This document shows positions 25,590-38,030 of a stretch of 64,000 nucleotides of DNA, piece by piece (the first letter of the stretch is position 1; the number at the start of each line of letters is the position of its first letter). Source of the stretch: the human T2T-CHM13v2.0 reference genome, Homo sapiens; assembly GCF_009914755.1 (NCBI RefSeq), contig NC_060940.1. One strand, given 5' to 3'. The notes under the pieces were generated by a model, which searched no databases, was not told where the DNA came from, and worked only from the letters and a program-made list of their open reading frames with translations. Position numbers and translations under genes: made by a program.

Positions 25590-27205
25590 AATATTTCAAC
25601 TTTTTTAAATTGTAAAAAAAAAAAAAAACATGACTTTAAATTTACTGTCTTAACCTTTTTTTTTTTTTTTTTTTTTTTTTTTGAGAAACAAGGTTTCACT
25701 GTGTTGTCCAAGCTGGCTTCTAACTCCTGTGCTCAAGTGATCCTCCTGTCTCAGTCCCCCAAGAAGCTGGGCCTACAGGTGTGGACCTCTGTGCCTAGCT
25801 TCTTAACCATTTATAAGTATGCAGTAAAGTAGCATTAAGTCCACTCACATTGTTGTGTGACAAATCTCCAGGACCTCTTCATCTTGCAATAGTAAAACTT
25901 TATACCCATTAAACACTAATTCTCTTCCCCCAACCCTCTGATCTTAGCAACCATCTTCTCACTTTCTGGTTCTGTGATCTTGACTGCTTTAGATACTTTG
26001 AATGTGTGGATTCATACAGTATTTTTCCTTCTATGACTGGCTTATTTCACTTTGCATAATGCACTTGAGGTTCATCTATGTAGTCTCATATGACAGGATT
26101 TTCTTCTTTTTCAAGAATGCATCATAGTTCATTGTGTGGGTATACCACATTTTCTTTTTCCATTATCCATTCATCTATCAGTGGACATTTGGGTTGCTTC
26201 CACCTCTTGACTATTGTAAATTACACTTCACTGGGTATGCAAGTATCTCTTTCAGATCCTTCTTCAAATTCTTTCAGATATGTAGCCAGGAGTGAGATTG
26301 CTAGATCATATGGTAATTCTCTTTAGCTTTTTGAGAAACCTCCATGTTGTTTTCTGTAATGATTGTGCTATTTTATATTCTCACCAAGTGTATACAAGTG
26401 TGACAATTTCTTCATGTCTTTTCAATACTTACTCTTTCTGTTTACTTGATAGTGGACATTTTAATGGCTTTGTGCAGTGACACCTCATTATGGTTTTGAT
26501 TTGCATTTCTTTTAGGATTAGTGATGTTCAGCATTTTTTCATATGCTCATTAGCCATTTGTATAACTTCTTTGGAGAATTGTCTATTCAGGCCCCTTGCC
26601 CATTTTTAAATCAGTTTATTTGGATTTTTGTTGGATTAAGTTGGGGAAGTTCTTTATATTTTTCTGGATTTTAACCCCTTATCCGATATATGTCTTGCAA
26701 AGATTTTCTCCTATTTAGTAAGTTGCGTTTTCATTCTGTTGATTGTTTCCTTTGATGAGCGTAAGTTTTTAAGTTTGATGTAGTTTCATTTGCCTAGTTT
26801 TGCTTTTGTTGTCTGTGCTTTTTGTGTCATATATAAGAAATCATTGTAAAATCCAATGTCCTGAAGCTTTCCCATTATGTTTTCCACTAGCAGTTGTATA
26901 GTTGTAGGTCTCACATTTAGGTCTTTAATCCATTTTGAGCTGATTTTTGTATATGGCATGAGGTAAGGGTCTAAGTTCAGTTTTGCTTGTGGATATTCAG
27001 TTTTCCAAACACCATTTGGGGCTGCTCATTTCCCATTGTGTAGTCCTGGCACCTTTGTCAAAAATAATTCAGCCATATACGTAAGGGTTTATTTCTAGGT
27101 TCTTTATTCTGTTTCATTGAGCTAGATATTTGTCTTCATGTCAATACATACAATTTTGATTACCATTGCTTTGTAGTATGTTTCTAAAACAGGAAGTACG
27201 AGGAC
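25590..27205 (-). mobile_element. L1M (L1MA9/L1MB-like) 3' ~1.4 kb, interrupted by a FLAM
   Basis: L1 3'UTR and ORF2 antisense text (gactggcttatttcac..., atttaggtctttaatccattttgag...). Confidence 0.88.
25656..25800 (-). mobile_element. FLAM (Alu monomer)
   Basis: Single monomer with poly(T); TSD TCTTAACC (25648-25655, 25801-25808). Confidence 0.85.
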
Positions 27206-28140
27206 TCCAGGACTAAGAGATTTTGCTCTCTTGAACCAAAAGATGGACAGATTGCCATTTACTGAGGTGGCAATGACTGAGAGACACAGGTACTCTGAAG
27301 AATATAAGGAATTTTCTTGTGCCGTATGAAAGTGCCGTTAGAAAAATAGGTTGGTCATTTTCTGACATCAAAAGATTTTTTCCCCAAATTGTCTGAGTTG
27401 CAGCCAATATAAACATAGGCCAAGTTTTTCTAAATCAGATGTGTTTGGAGAGGGTGGAATGGCTGTCAGAATGGGCTGGGCTTATAGGGTGACATACAGG
27501 TCCAGGCAGAGTGAGCCAACCAACATCACTTGCAAGATTGAAGAAGGCTCATGGAGTTAGATCAGTGGAAGAGAAGATCCTCATAGAAGAGGCAAAATTC
27601 TCTGTCTTAGGGACAATGGCAATACTTGGGAAAATTCCCAGAAAGTGATAGTTTTAGATGATTGTCTTCTTGGAGACCGATGTTGGGGAAGACTCTGAGG
27701 CTGCTTCCAGATGCAGCAGGATGGAGAATGACTGTCAGTTGGCAATGTCCACCTTTGGAGACAGACATATCAGTCACTTTCTCACTTCCCCTGACTCAGC
27801 TGGATTCTCATCTTCTCTGGCTCAGAGGGGAGTATCATCAAGTACAGCTAACATCTTTGAGCATATACCATGTGTCAAAAACTATTCAGCTTTTCTTACT
27901 CTTTATAAGAACTCGGTGAAGTAGGCACTATTATTATTTTCATTTGAATGTTGAGGAAACTGCAGGATTGACAGGTTAAGTAGCTTACCTAAGACATGGT
28001 GAGTAATTGGTACAGCCAGGACTGGAACCCTGGCCACTTGACTCCAGTGTCCAGGCTATTAACCACCATACCGCCAAAGAGTGGCCTCGTACCAGGGCCT
28101 CGAGCTGCCTGGGGCTTCAGGAGCTTCTCTCATCTATGGC

Positions 28141-28499
28141 TGTACTAGTCTGTTTCACGCTGCTGATAAAAACATACCTGCGACTGGGTAATTTATAAAG
28201 AAAATGAAGTTTAATGCACTTACAGTTCCTCATGGCTGGAGAGGCCTCACGGTGATGGTGGAAGGTGAGAGGCACATCTTACATGGCGGCAGGGAAGAGA
28301 GAGAACTTGTGCAGGAAATTTCCCTTTATAAAAGCATCAGATCTCATGAGACTTATTAACTATCATGAGAACAGCACAGGAAAGACCTACCCCCATGATT
28401 CACTTACCTCTCTCACCTGGTCTCTCCCACAACACATGGTAATTGTGGGAGCTACATTTCAAGATGAGATTTGGGTGGGGACACAGCCAAATCATATCA
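28141..28499 (-). mobile_element. THE1 solo LTR
   Basis: TGTACTAGTC...AATCATATCA; perfect TSD ATGGC. Confidence 0.92.
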
Positions 28500-28582
28500 A
28501 TGGCTAAGACTCCATCTCTGTACAGGGGGCTGGGAGATTCACTTGGCAATTTTTGTTCCTCTTGGCTTCAAAGGACTCAATC

Positions 28583-28720
28583 TAGGATCATCACAAAATG
28601 TATTTATTGTCCAAAACTGGAGTGCTTTTGAGAGCAAAAAGGACTATGTTAATATTTAGGCTAGGACTACAAACATAAACCAGTCTTGTCCGGAGCAAAC
28701 TGGAATATGAGGTCATTATA
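28583..28720. mobile_element. MER94-like (hAT-Blackjack)
   Basis: tttattgtccaaaactggagtgcttttgagag...tgtccggagcaaactgg. Confidence 0.6.
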
Positions 28721-29515
28721 CTTATGGTCAGTTAGTAAATGAGATCTTAGCCTCAGTGAAAGTGAAATTTTACTGGAATGGGCAACCTATTGAACACACA
28801 CTTTATCCAGATGGCTTAGATTTGGATCTTTTAAAAGAGTAACGTCACCATTTGAAGTGTTTTCTTCTTCATTAACTATGAAGCCCTTTCCCATATGGGT
28901 TTATCAGCATTGTAGGAAGGGCTTTCATGGAACCATATAAATTCATCTCTCTAGAAACGAAGAATTCTAACGTCCATCCTCACTTCTGCCACCAAAATTA
29001 GCAACATACATATGTGTCGAGCTTTCTGCTTGGTGAAGGTGCAGTGACCCCTCTTTTTTTCAGCATCCATTTATTTCTGCTCGCTGAGCTTTCTGTCTGC
29101 ATTTTCATCTACAGCTCTGTTCTTTATTGATAGTGTTTGTTTTAGACTTGTGAGCTCCAAGAGGGCTGAGACTGCACACTTTAAATGGGCTTTACTGTGT
29201 TGGCACAGCACTTTGCAAATAAAGGCTTTACAATTTGTTTAACAAACATCTAGTGATGGTTACTGTGTGTGAAGCAGTATACATAGCACATGGAAGATAC
29301 TCAAGGGTATGGCAAAAAGGATTTCTATTTCCCATAAGTTTATCAGCAGTAAGAAGTAACACTGCTAATGTCTATTATGTATAGATGCCATCTTATCTGT
29401 CAGAAACTGTGCTCAGTGTTTAACATACATTCTCTAAGTCTGTGCCACTGATCAGTGTTTCTCTAAGTAGTTCCCCTGGAACACTAGTTCTTGCAAACTG
29501 TTGATGAATGCTATG

Positions 29516-30051
29516 TGTGTCATTGGTCCCCAACACCACCCTCAGATTTGGTGATTTGCTAGAAAGACTCATGGACTCTACATCTAGTTGCATTTGTTGC
29601 TAAGGTTTGTTACAGTGAAAAGATTCCAAGCAAAATCAGCATTAAAGGCACATAGGCAATGACCAACAGAAACCAGGCAACAGCTTTCAAGCGGAGTCAC
29701 ACGGGACACACTTAATTCCCCCAGGGAGAAATAGTGACAACGAGTATAAAATGCTGTCTAATGAGGGAAGCTCATTAGAGACTTACTGCCCAGAGTTTTT
29801 CCTGGAATCTGGTCACATAGGCACCCTTTGCCTGATAGGTTCCAAATCCCTGACCTCCAGAAGGAAAAACGGTGTTCAGCATAAGCCATATCTATTTGTA
29901 CGGTTTAGGCACGTTGAGCCACTCTTATCAGAGAATGGTAGGAACCTTCCCCAAATCGTCATTCCCAAATACCAGCCAAGAGCCAACCTTGCAGGCTGGC
30001 CTTTCTAGGGATAGCAGTCCCACACTTGCTATGTTGGCTCTTTTCTGGATA
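29516..30051 (-). mobile_element. ERVL LTR, MER68/MER77 group
   Basis: ccagccaagagccaaccttgcaggctggcctttctagggatagcag...gctatgttggctcttttctg. Confidence 0.75.
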
Positions 30052-30660
30052 GTATGCAAAAAAAAAAAAAAGTTTCATATTCAGATAATTTTGAAAACCT
30101 TAATCAACCAATTTTAAGCTGCTTTCTTTACCTCTGGACTCTAAATTCCCAGACTTATCTGGCTCTCTGCCACCCCCCACTGTACATCTTAGAAGATTTT
30201 TGCTTTGTAGGGAACAACCACAAGAAGTTCTCGTGGGGAAATGACATCAGTCCTATTCAATGTAGCATCAAATGCTGAGAAAATCCATAGCAGGAAAGGA
30301 CAGTTTAAAAATTTATGAATTATCTTTTCCTTTACACTTCAGCATTGACAGATAAGTGTTAAATTGAAATACTGTCTCATACTTTGATCACAGAAGCTAA
30401 GGAAAGCAAGTGCTGAAGCCGCACTGGCCTCCTTTGGAAAGTAAAACCCGAGAACTCCATCTAGGCTTCGAGTTAATAGATGTGGTGGTCTTTACACACC
30501 TGTAGTCAAGGGGTCATCTGTTAAGTAATCATTAGCTTTTTCATTTGAATTGTAAATTCAAATTGTTTCTCAATGCAGTAGACTTAGATTACATAAGGTT
30601 AGAGCTTAAGCTTTGAAAAGTAATTTAAATTTGTTTTCAGCATGTTAAAGACTTAGTCAA

Positions 30661-30976
30661 TTTTTTTCCTTTTATTTTAGTTTATTTTTATTTTTTTCCT
30701 GAGGCAGGGTCTCACCCTGTCTCCCAGGCTGGAGTGCAATGGTGTGATCATGGCTCACTGCAGCCAAGACCTCCCTGGCTCAAATGATTCTCCCACCTCA
30801 GTCTTCTGAGTAGCCCGGACTACAGGCACGCACCACCATACCCAGCTTGTATTTTTTGTAGAGACTAGGTCTTTCCATACAGCCCAGGCTGGTCTTACAC
30901 TTTTGAACTCAAGCTATCCACCTGCCTTGGCCTCCCAAAGAGCTGGGATTGCAGGTGTGAACCACTGCGCCTGGCC
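30661..30976 (-). mobile_element. AluJ
   Basis: gatcatggctcactgcagcc; ends gcgcctggcc. Confidence 0.92.
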
Positions 30977-33900
30977 CAAATTCCTATTTCTTGTTTGACC
31001 AGGATGTCTTTTGTCCCAACCAGAATTAGTTCTTATTTATTGTTACAGTCAAGATTTAGAATAGGGTTTTATTAATTATATATTTGGACTAGAATTTCTT
31101 TATTCTGCAAGTGCATTAGTTTTGGAATCACTGATAAAAACCAAAAGTTGATTTCCACTAACATTTCCAAGAGGGAGCTTTAAAAATTCACCTGTGGGAA
31201 ATTTTATGCAAAAACTTGAACAAGACATAGTATTTTTCTGTTAGCAAATTATAATTTTCCCCCTGATTCAGGGGGGGTCTGTGATTGTTTTCTTCCTTGG
31301 CTGCTCCTTCCATTTGCATTTGCAAAGATCACATTCCTAATCTTTACCTCATCAGAAGCCTCATTTTGATTTTCTGCTTTGCTGACTTCTGTACTCCGAG
31401 AGATTCACTAGCTCTTAATCCTATCATTGGCCTGGCATTCTTCCTCTTCTCTATACTTTTCCATGGTTCATTCATCTCCATTTTATTCCTTCTAGAATGT
31501 ATTTTTTTAGAAGCAATTACCAATTCTTATTGGTTTGAGCTATGAAATATTTCTTCTTTGGTTGCATCTTCAGTGTGGTTTTCTTCTGACTGTCATTGTC
31601 AATCACTTGAACGGGTGAAATTAACCTCTGCCTTTGAGGCCCCTATGTTTACTCTTCGCCGGTGTTGCTGCCAGAAGCTTAAAGCTGGATCTAATCACTT
31701 CCTTGCTGAAACCATTGATGCTTCTCTGTCGACTTCAAGATGTGTTCAGTTGGGACATTGCCGTCTGTTTCCTTCTTCCGTTCTCCTTTCCCTTCTACTC
31801 CAGTCCTTACAAGTGACATCTTCTGTTCCTGCATGCTAAAATGCCCGTGACTTCTCTAATGCAGCTCTCTGCCTTGGTGCCTTTGCGTATCCATCTCTAC
31901 TGAGGAACTGGGATGACTTCAGCATCCGGGGTAGATGCCTGGCATGAACCAGAAAGGATATCTGATTAGATCTGTAGGTGATGGTGAGAATGGATACAGG
32001 ACTGTTTCAGTCAAGTACCTACCTCTAAACAGGAGGGCACTGTGGATTTTAGGATTGGAGATCATTGGTACCTGTGCCATCCTGGGGAGGTGGGAAGAAC
32101 CAGTTCACAGATCTAGTTTTGAGCAAAGGAACATGGGGTTTTAGCAGGTCATTTAGTGTAAGCCCACTAGAAGGAGGCATGTGGTGTGGGGTCCAGGACA
32201 GGCTGTGAGTACATGTTCTGCACCAGACATAATTTACTTGGAGGCTTGGGGAGAATAAGCTTCCAGGTGAGGAACTCAGTGGCTGAGTTGCAAAGAGCTG
32301 GAAATGAGAGAAGCAAACTTAATGACTATGTACGTGCTTCAGTTTAGTGCATATCCCACTCTTGTGTCCTAATCCAGTTATTTTTATTTCTGCTGAACTC
32401 TGTACATCCTGAGGATGAAGCCCATGCTGTCACCACTTTTTTTTTTAATTAACAGTGTCTGTTAAACATGCATGTGATTCAGAATTAGATATCACTCCCC
32501 ACCCTCATGAAATCATCTTTAAATACTTGATTTATTATTTATTTTCCACTAGAATACTTCTGGATTTTTCATGAAGCCTGAGGGAAAATGAGAAGTTATT
32601 ATCTACATCATTTTTCACTGTTTTAATGTTAATCATTGATACGGGAATTGGCTTTCACCATCTTGGAGTCCACCCCACCTATAATTAATTATAAATCCTT
32701 TCAGTGGACAAACCAATAACACTTCTATATTGAACCAGGAACCAGAGAGCCTAAATGCATCCCCTGGATATCATCTAGTGAGTCAGAGGCACAGAACAAA
32801 ATGTGCTTCCAAAGGACAGATGATTCTTCAAAGAGAGCTACTGTTCTTTAAATGTCACCCATGTGTTAGAGCCTTTTGTTCCGCTCTGTTTCTGCACGCT
32901 CCATTTCTGAAGTCCAGGAAGCCCCAGGCTGTTGAGTGGAAAGAGTAGAAAGGCGAGAGTGAGAAGGCAAGATGAATCTGGAGGGGAAGATTCATGTTTT
33001 CTGATTTCTGAGGGTCCCTCCTGATCAGCGGGGTGCTAATGAGATCAGAGACAGGGGATGTGAACACCACGGGAACCTGCTGGCTTTCTTCCACTCACAG
33101 CACCAGAATGTTCCCACCAGCTGGGACAAAGCACAGGGAGAGCATCAAGGAGGGGATGAAAAAAGAGATCAGGAAGGAAGAGAATAGTGTGCATGAGCTC
33201 ACGCGTGGGTGAGAAGAAGGAGAAACAGAGGCAGGGGGGTACATAAAAATCCTACCCTCTAGCTATGTCCTTCAGGAGCGGGTCTATCTGTTGTTGTTTG
33301 CTACTTTTCCTATGCTCTTGGGAGCTTATCAGAAACTTCCCCTAGATCAGCAGCCGCAAATCAGCAGCAGGAAGCCCTGTCACATGCAGGTGTCATTGTA
33401 TCATCATAAAAATTACTTCCCAGGGTTAGTAACTTAAAATGAAAGTCAGGCTCAAGGGTCATCAGGTAGTTAGTAGATCAAGAAGATTTCTACAATGTAG
33501 TACATCTCTTTTCTCTTGGCTTCTGTGATACTAAGTTTCCTGGTTCCGTTTCTGTCTCTCAGAATACTTTTCCCCTAAAGGTGTAAAGTTCTCTCCTTCA
33601 TGTACTTCTCTTTCATGAGCTTCTCTCCTTCTAATCTTAACTGAGCCTTCTCCAAGTTCCTTCCCTATCTCATTATCTTCCATTTCTCATTATGTTCCCT
33701 CACAATCTTAACCACACCCGTAGCTTCACCCATCACTTTCTGCAGGAAATTGCCTGTCTACCACAGAACTCTCCCCTGGAATTTAGTGTAGGCAATTGTC
33801 CACTTGAATCATCCTCAAATGTGATGTGATGTGATCTTCCCCTTGGTGCATATCCAAACTGAACTCAACACTTAACTCGTGCCCTGAATTTTGGCAAGGA

Positions 33901-34177
33901 AGTTATCACCAGCTTTCACTCTTTGAGTGCATAACCTTTCACTCTGTTTCTTGTACTCAGGGACTGTAGTGTGTGTTGCAGTCTCTTATCTGACTCTCAG
34001 AAATAACTTTGAGTAGAGCAGTACTACTAAAACACAAATTCACCAACTTTTCTCTGCTGGACCTTCATGTCGTTCTCCCTGAGTGAGTCCCTTTTGCAAG
34101 TTATTAATATATGTCACACAGAGCCTGTTTCTCATATTTATTGACCAGACTAAGGAGAGAACATCGTACCCTCTAAC

Positions 34178-34380
34178 CCAGTGGTTGGCGCGCTTGAGCC
34201 AGCTCATACCAGCTCTCGTGAGACCGTTGTTAATGTCTCTTTCTCACTCTGTCTTCACTGTAGCTTGATATCAGCCATGGCAGGATTGTCTTCACCATGG
34301 CAATGGGCAACACCAAGGATTGTCTTACTTCTTCACAGAGCTGGTGGTTAAGTTACAGCAGATAACTGCCCCACCACACC
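34178..34380. mobile_element. MER63A-like (hAT-Blackjack)
   Basis: gagccagctcataccagctc...tagcttgatatcagccatgg. Confidence 0.65.
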
Positions 34381-35214
34381 CATTATGTCCTGTGCAGTTA
34401 TCGATGATATTAACTTTCTCTGCTTGAGGCACTCTGATAAAACTTCACTGATTTATCTCATTTAATCCCAATAGCTACTTCATGAGAAAGGTGCCATCAT
34501 TCTATCTGTTTTACAGGTAAGGCAAATGGACACTCAGAGAGGTAAGATCTGACACCGTGTGTCTGAGAGCAGGTCCATGCCATCGAAGTAGATTTGTAGC
34601 AGAAACCTGGCTGGGGGTATTTTTCCCCATATTAGGGATATCTCTGTCTCCAATTCATGTCCATTCTAAGACAATGCTACTGGTAACTGTGATGGATCAG
34701 ACTTTGCACGTTTTTCTTTCTTGGAACAAACAGGATTTGGAAGCTTCGACGTTGGTGTTACAGATCATTTACCAAAAAAACTGCTCATAAGACAGGCCCA
34801 GTTTTCTGTTTGGATGATAGCTTCTCATGATGGTCCTCATGTGTTAATTGAATAATATTTGAACTTTAAATTCTTTCTACAAATGTTTGACTAACAATCT
34901 CCCCAAAATAGCCCTATTGGTAACCAACCAAGTAGTTGTTTCATTGCAATAGGAGTGTAATGAGAGACAACAGATCCTAAGTTAATGAGTTATCCAAGAC
35001 CTTTAGTTGCAAATCCTTTAGCCAAATGACCATACCCATGGGTGTCAGAGCAACAGTAATTGTGAATTATTGCTATGTTTAAAATAAAACAATTTTGGTC
35101 TAGATTAGATTTTGTTTATAAACCTGAATACATATTCAGATTGCCACTATCAGAAAAAAAACTCATTGACCCAATGAGCATTCAAAAAAGTCATTTTTCC
35201 TCCTTTTTACTTTT

Positions 35215-35710
35215 TCATTCATTAATTTAATATTCAAAGAACACCTGATTTATGCCAGCCACCGTTCCAAGTGTTGAGATTAGAGGGATGAAGAATATAG
35301 GCAAGATCTTAGCTTTCACGGTTCACATTCTAGTTAGGGAAGATAGGATAAAAAATAAATAAAACCAGAATTTCGGGGCGTGATGAGCCCTAGGGAAAGG
35401 AAGTGATAGCAGAAGTATGCAGTCAGAGGCTCTGCTGAAACAGAGCTGACAAGGTGTTTGAGCAGAGAAGCGAGCGTTCATAAGGAACCAGCCATGCAGA
35501 GGTATGCACTGAGACGCACCCAGTCGAGGGAACAGTTTGGAGACTCCAGCAACCTTGGAGTAATCAAGAAATAGAGAGTTGGTCGTGGTGGTAGAAGTGA
35601 AATAAGGGAGACAGGATTGTTTAGTGAATAAATCCAAGAGGAAAGCAGGACCCAGATGATACAGAGTCTCAGAGGTTATGAGTTGGGATTTATTCTAAGT
35701 GCACATAGGA
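35215..35710 (-). mobile_element. L2 fragment
   Basis: ttcattcattaatttaatattc...tcacattctagttaggg...gatttattctaagtg. Confidence 0.6.
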
Positions 35711-36029
35711 AGCACTGTAGAATTCCAGGCAGGATACAGACTTTCCCATCTGTGCTTAGGAGTCTAAGCTGCACTCTTTCTTTCTTCAAGTGATATGGGA
35801 GTGACTTAAATTCTTTGTTGCAAAACCAGTGACACTGTTATGCAAACATGAAGTATTGAACTATATGGAAGTATTTATCTGTTTAAACATTGGGGGAAGA
35901 GACTTTTAAAATATGGTTTATATTCTCGGTGGTTCGGTAAAGGTTTTTCTCCTGCTCCTCATCCCCCAGCCAACCTTCTCCAATATATTCAGCCATGGCT
36001 GACTTTGGAGGATAATGAAAGCCACAACC

Positions 36030-36210
36030 CAGGAACTTCCTGATGGAGATGGAACTGTTTCACATCTTGATTGTATCCTAGTTGGGAAGTCATTTCATAG
36101 ATTTGTAAGATATTGCCATTGGGGGAAAATGGGTAAAGGGTATATAGGATCTCTGGGCACTATTTCTTACAACTGTGTGTGAATCAACAATGATCTCAAA
36201 ATAGAAAGTG
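36030..36210 (+). mobile_element. L1MC/MD 3' fragment
   Basis: ccattgggggaaaatgggtaaagggtatataggatctctg...tttcttacaactg. Confidence 0.72.
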
Positions 36211-37005
36211 TAATGAGAGAAAAAGCTCTATTTAAGTGTTTTATTAGGTACCAGACATCATGTTAAGTATTTTACATGAATTATCACGTTATCCTTACAA
36301 GAAAATTGTGAGTTCTAGCATTGCCCCATTTTAAAGAGAAGGCACCTGAGGCTCTTAGAAATTAAGGGATTTGCACAGTTACCCAGCTGGTAAGTGGTGA
36401 GGCCAGAATCATTCCAGATGGTCTGTCTCCAAAGCTGAGATTCCCAACCTCAGCCCTATGGGACACATGTCTGTTCTGTCCTCATTCTGATGGGTCCAAT
36501 CTGGAGGTGACTGAATCCTGAATGTCAGGAGGCAGCAGAGGGTGGGGCCAGTTCTAGAGAAGGCACATCACCTGTCTCTCCTGCAGGATGGTCTGTGGCC
36601 ATTGGCGTAGGCCTTCGTTGACAAGCCAAGCCTCTGACATCTGAATAGCTACGCTGAGAAAGGTAGACCTTGTCTTTCCACCTTGGGAATCACAGTCTGA
36701 TGGCAGGCAGGGGCTTTGTGCCATCAGGCAACCCAAAATCAGGGTACCCTGCAAAGTCACCTGGCAGAGGTAGCAGGGCTGGGTCCACCTAGAGGCAGGG
36801 AACATTCTTCTTCACACAAAGAGGCCTTCCCCTCACCAAGCTGAGCTTTTTAAAAGTTTAATCTATAGCCCCTGAGGGAGTGCCTCTTTCTAATCCCTAC
36901 AAAGACCCTTATAGGTCAGCAGTGTCCTGTATTGACTGATCCCCGGGATGCATTGGATTTTTAAGCTCCGAGATTATCCCAGCTTTTACCTCTTTTTTAA
37001 ATAAA

Positions 37006-37045
37006 TATATATATATAGTATATATGTATATATGTATATATATAT

Positions 37046-37094
<49 letters not shown>

Positions 37095-37109
37095 GTATAT
37101 ATATATATC
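37006..37109. repeat. Compound (TA)n-(CA)18-(TA)n microsatellite
   Basis: Direct reading. Confidence 0.95.
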
Positions 37110-37220
37110 TTTAAGTTACTGTGCTAGGCATGCCTGGAAGTCTCCCCACCCCTAATGCATTTTTATTTTAAGATTTGACTGGCATTTTTTAGATTCTCTT
37201 GATGTGTTTGCTACATCTTT

Positions 37221-37288
37221 TTTTTCTTTTTTTTTTCATTTTTATTTATTTATTTTTATTATACTTTAAGTTTTAGGGTACATGTGCA
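37221..37288 (-). mobile_element. Ultra-short young L1PA 3' end (~33 nt of L1 plus tail)
   Basis: ttattatactttaagttttagggtacatgtgca; TSD CATCTTT. Confidence 0.82.
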
Positions 37289-37604
37289 TCTTTAGGCAAG
37301 AATTTATTAGGATGTTATGGTTAATATAATCATGGCCATAACTTCCTAATGAATGCAAATGGGGAAAATAAGATTTTATTAACCAAAGATGGTTACCTTA
37401 AAACCATTATATCTTCCTTGTGCTTATGGAGAACATTTTAGGAGCACGCCTATTCTTAAAGTGAATTCCGTTATCTTTCCTCATGCTAAGAATGGAAGGG
37501 GGCTTAGGCTGAGCCAAGTCACATGTTGCAAGCAGTTGTATGATGTCACCAAGTGCTGGCCGTTGGTGTCTCAGCCACAGTGGGAAGCTCAGCACATGGA
37601 TTAA

Positions 37605-37800
37605 GGGCCAACCTGGGGCGAAGGTGATTACCTTCTTAGAAGACACTTGGTGGAGATGTTTTTGAGTGTCATGACTAGGGAGGAGTGCGCCTGACTTCTA
37701 ATGTGTAGGAATGCTGCTCAGTATCCTACCGTTCACAGCACAGCCTGCCCCCCACCCCAATAAGGAATTTCCTAGCCCCAAAAATCCATACCATCAAGAA
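37605..37800 (+). mobile_element. MER20 (diverged)
   Basis: tggagatgtttttgagtgtcatgactaggg...atgctgctcagtatcctac. Confidence 0.65.
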
Positions 37801-37809
37801 TAAGCGTAC

Positions 37810-38030
37810 AGAGTTAACATCATGGGACTCCTGAGTCAGAGCAACTTGTTTTCAAATCCTACCTGTGTCCTTGGATGGTTGACCTTAATTAACTTTCTGA
37901 ACCTCTGTGTCCTCTCTTCTAAAGTGTGTCTCATCATTATACCTATTTTATAGGGTACTAAGAGAATTGAGGTATTGCGTGCCAAACCCTTAGCACAGCA
38001 CCTGGCACAGAGTAAGTACTCAATAAATAG
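37810..38030 (+). mobile_element. MIR
   Basis: ttcaaatcctacc...cttagcacagcacctggcacagagtaagtactcaataaa. Confidence 0.7.
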
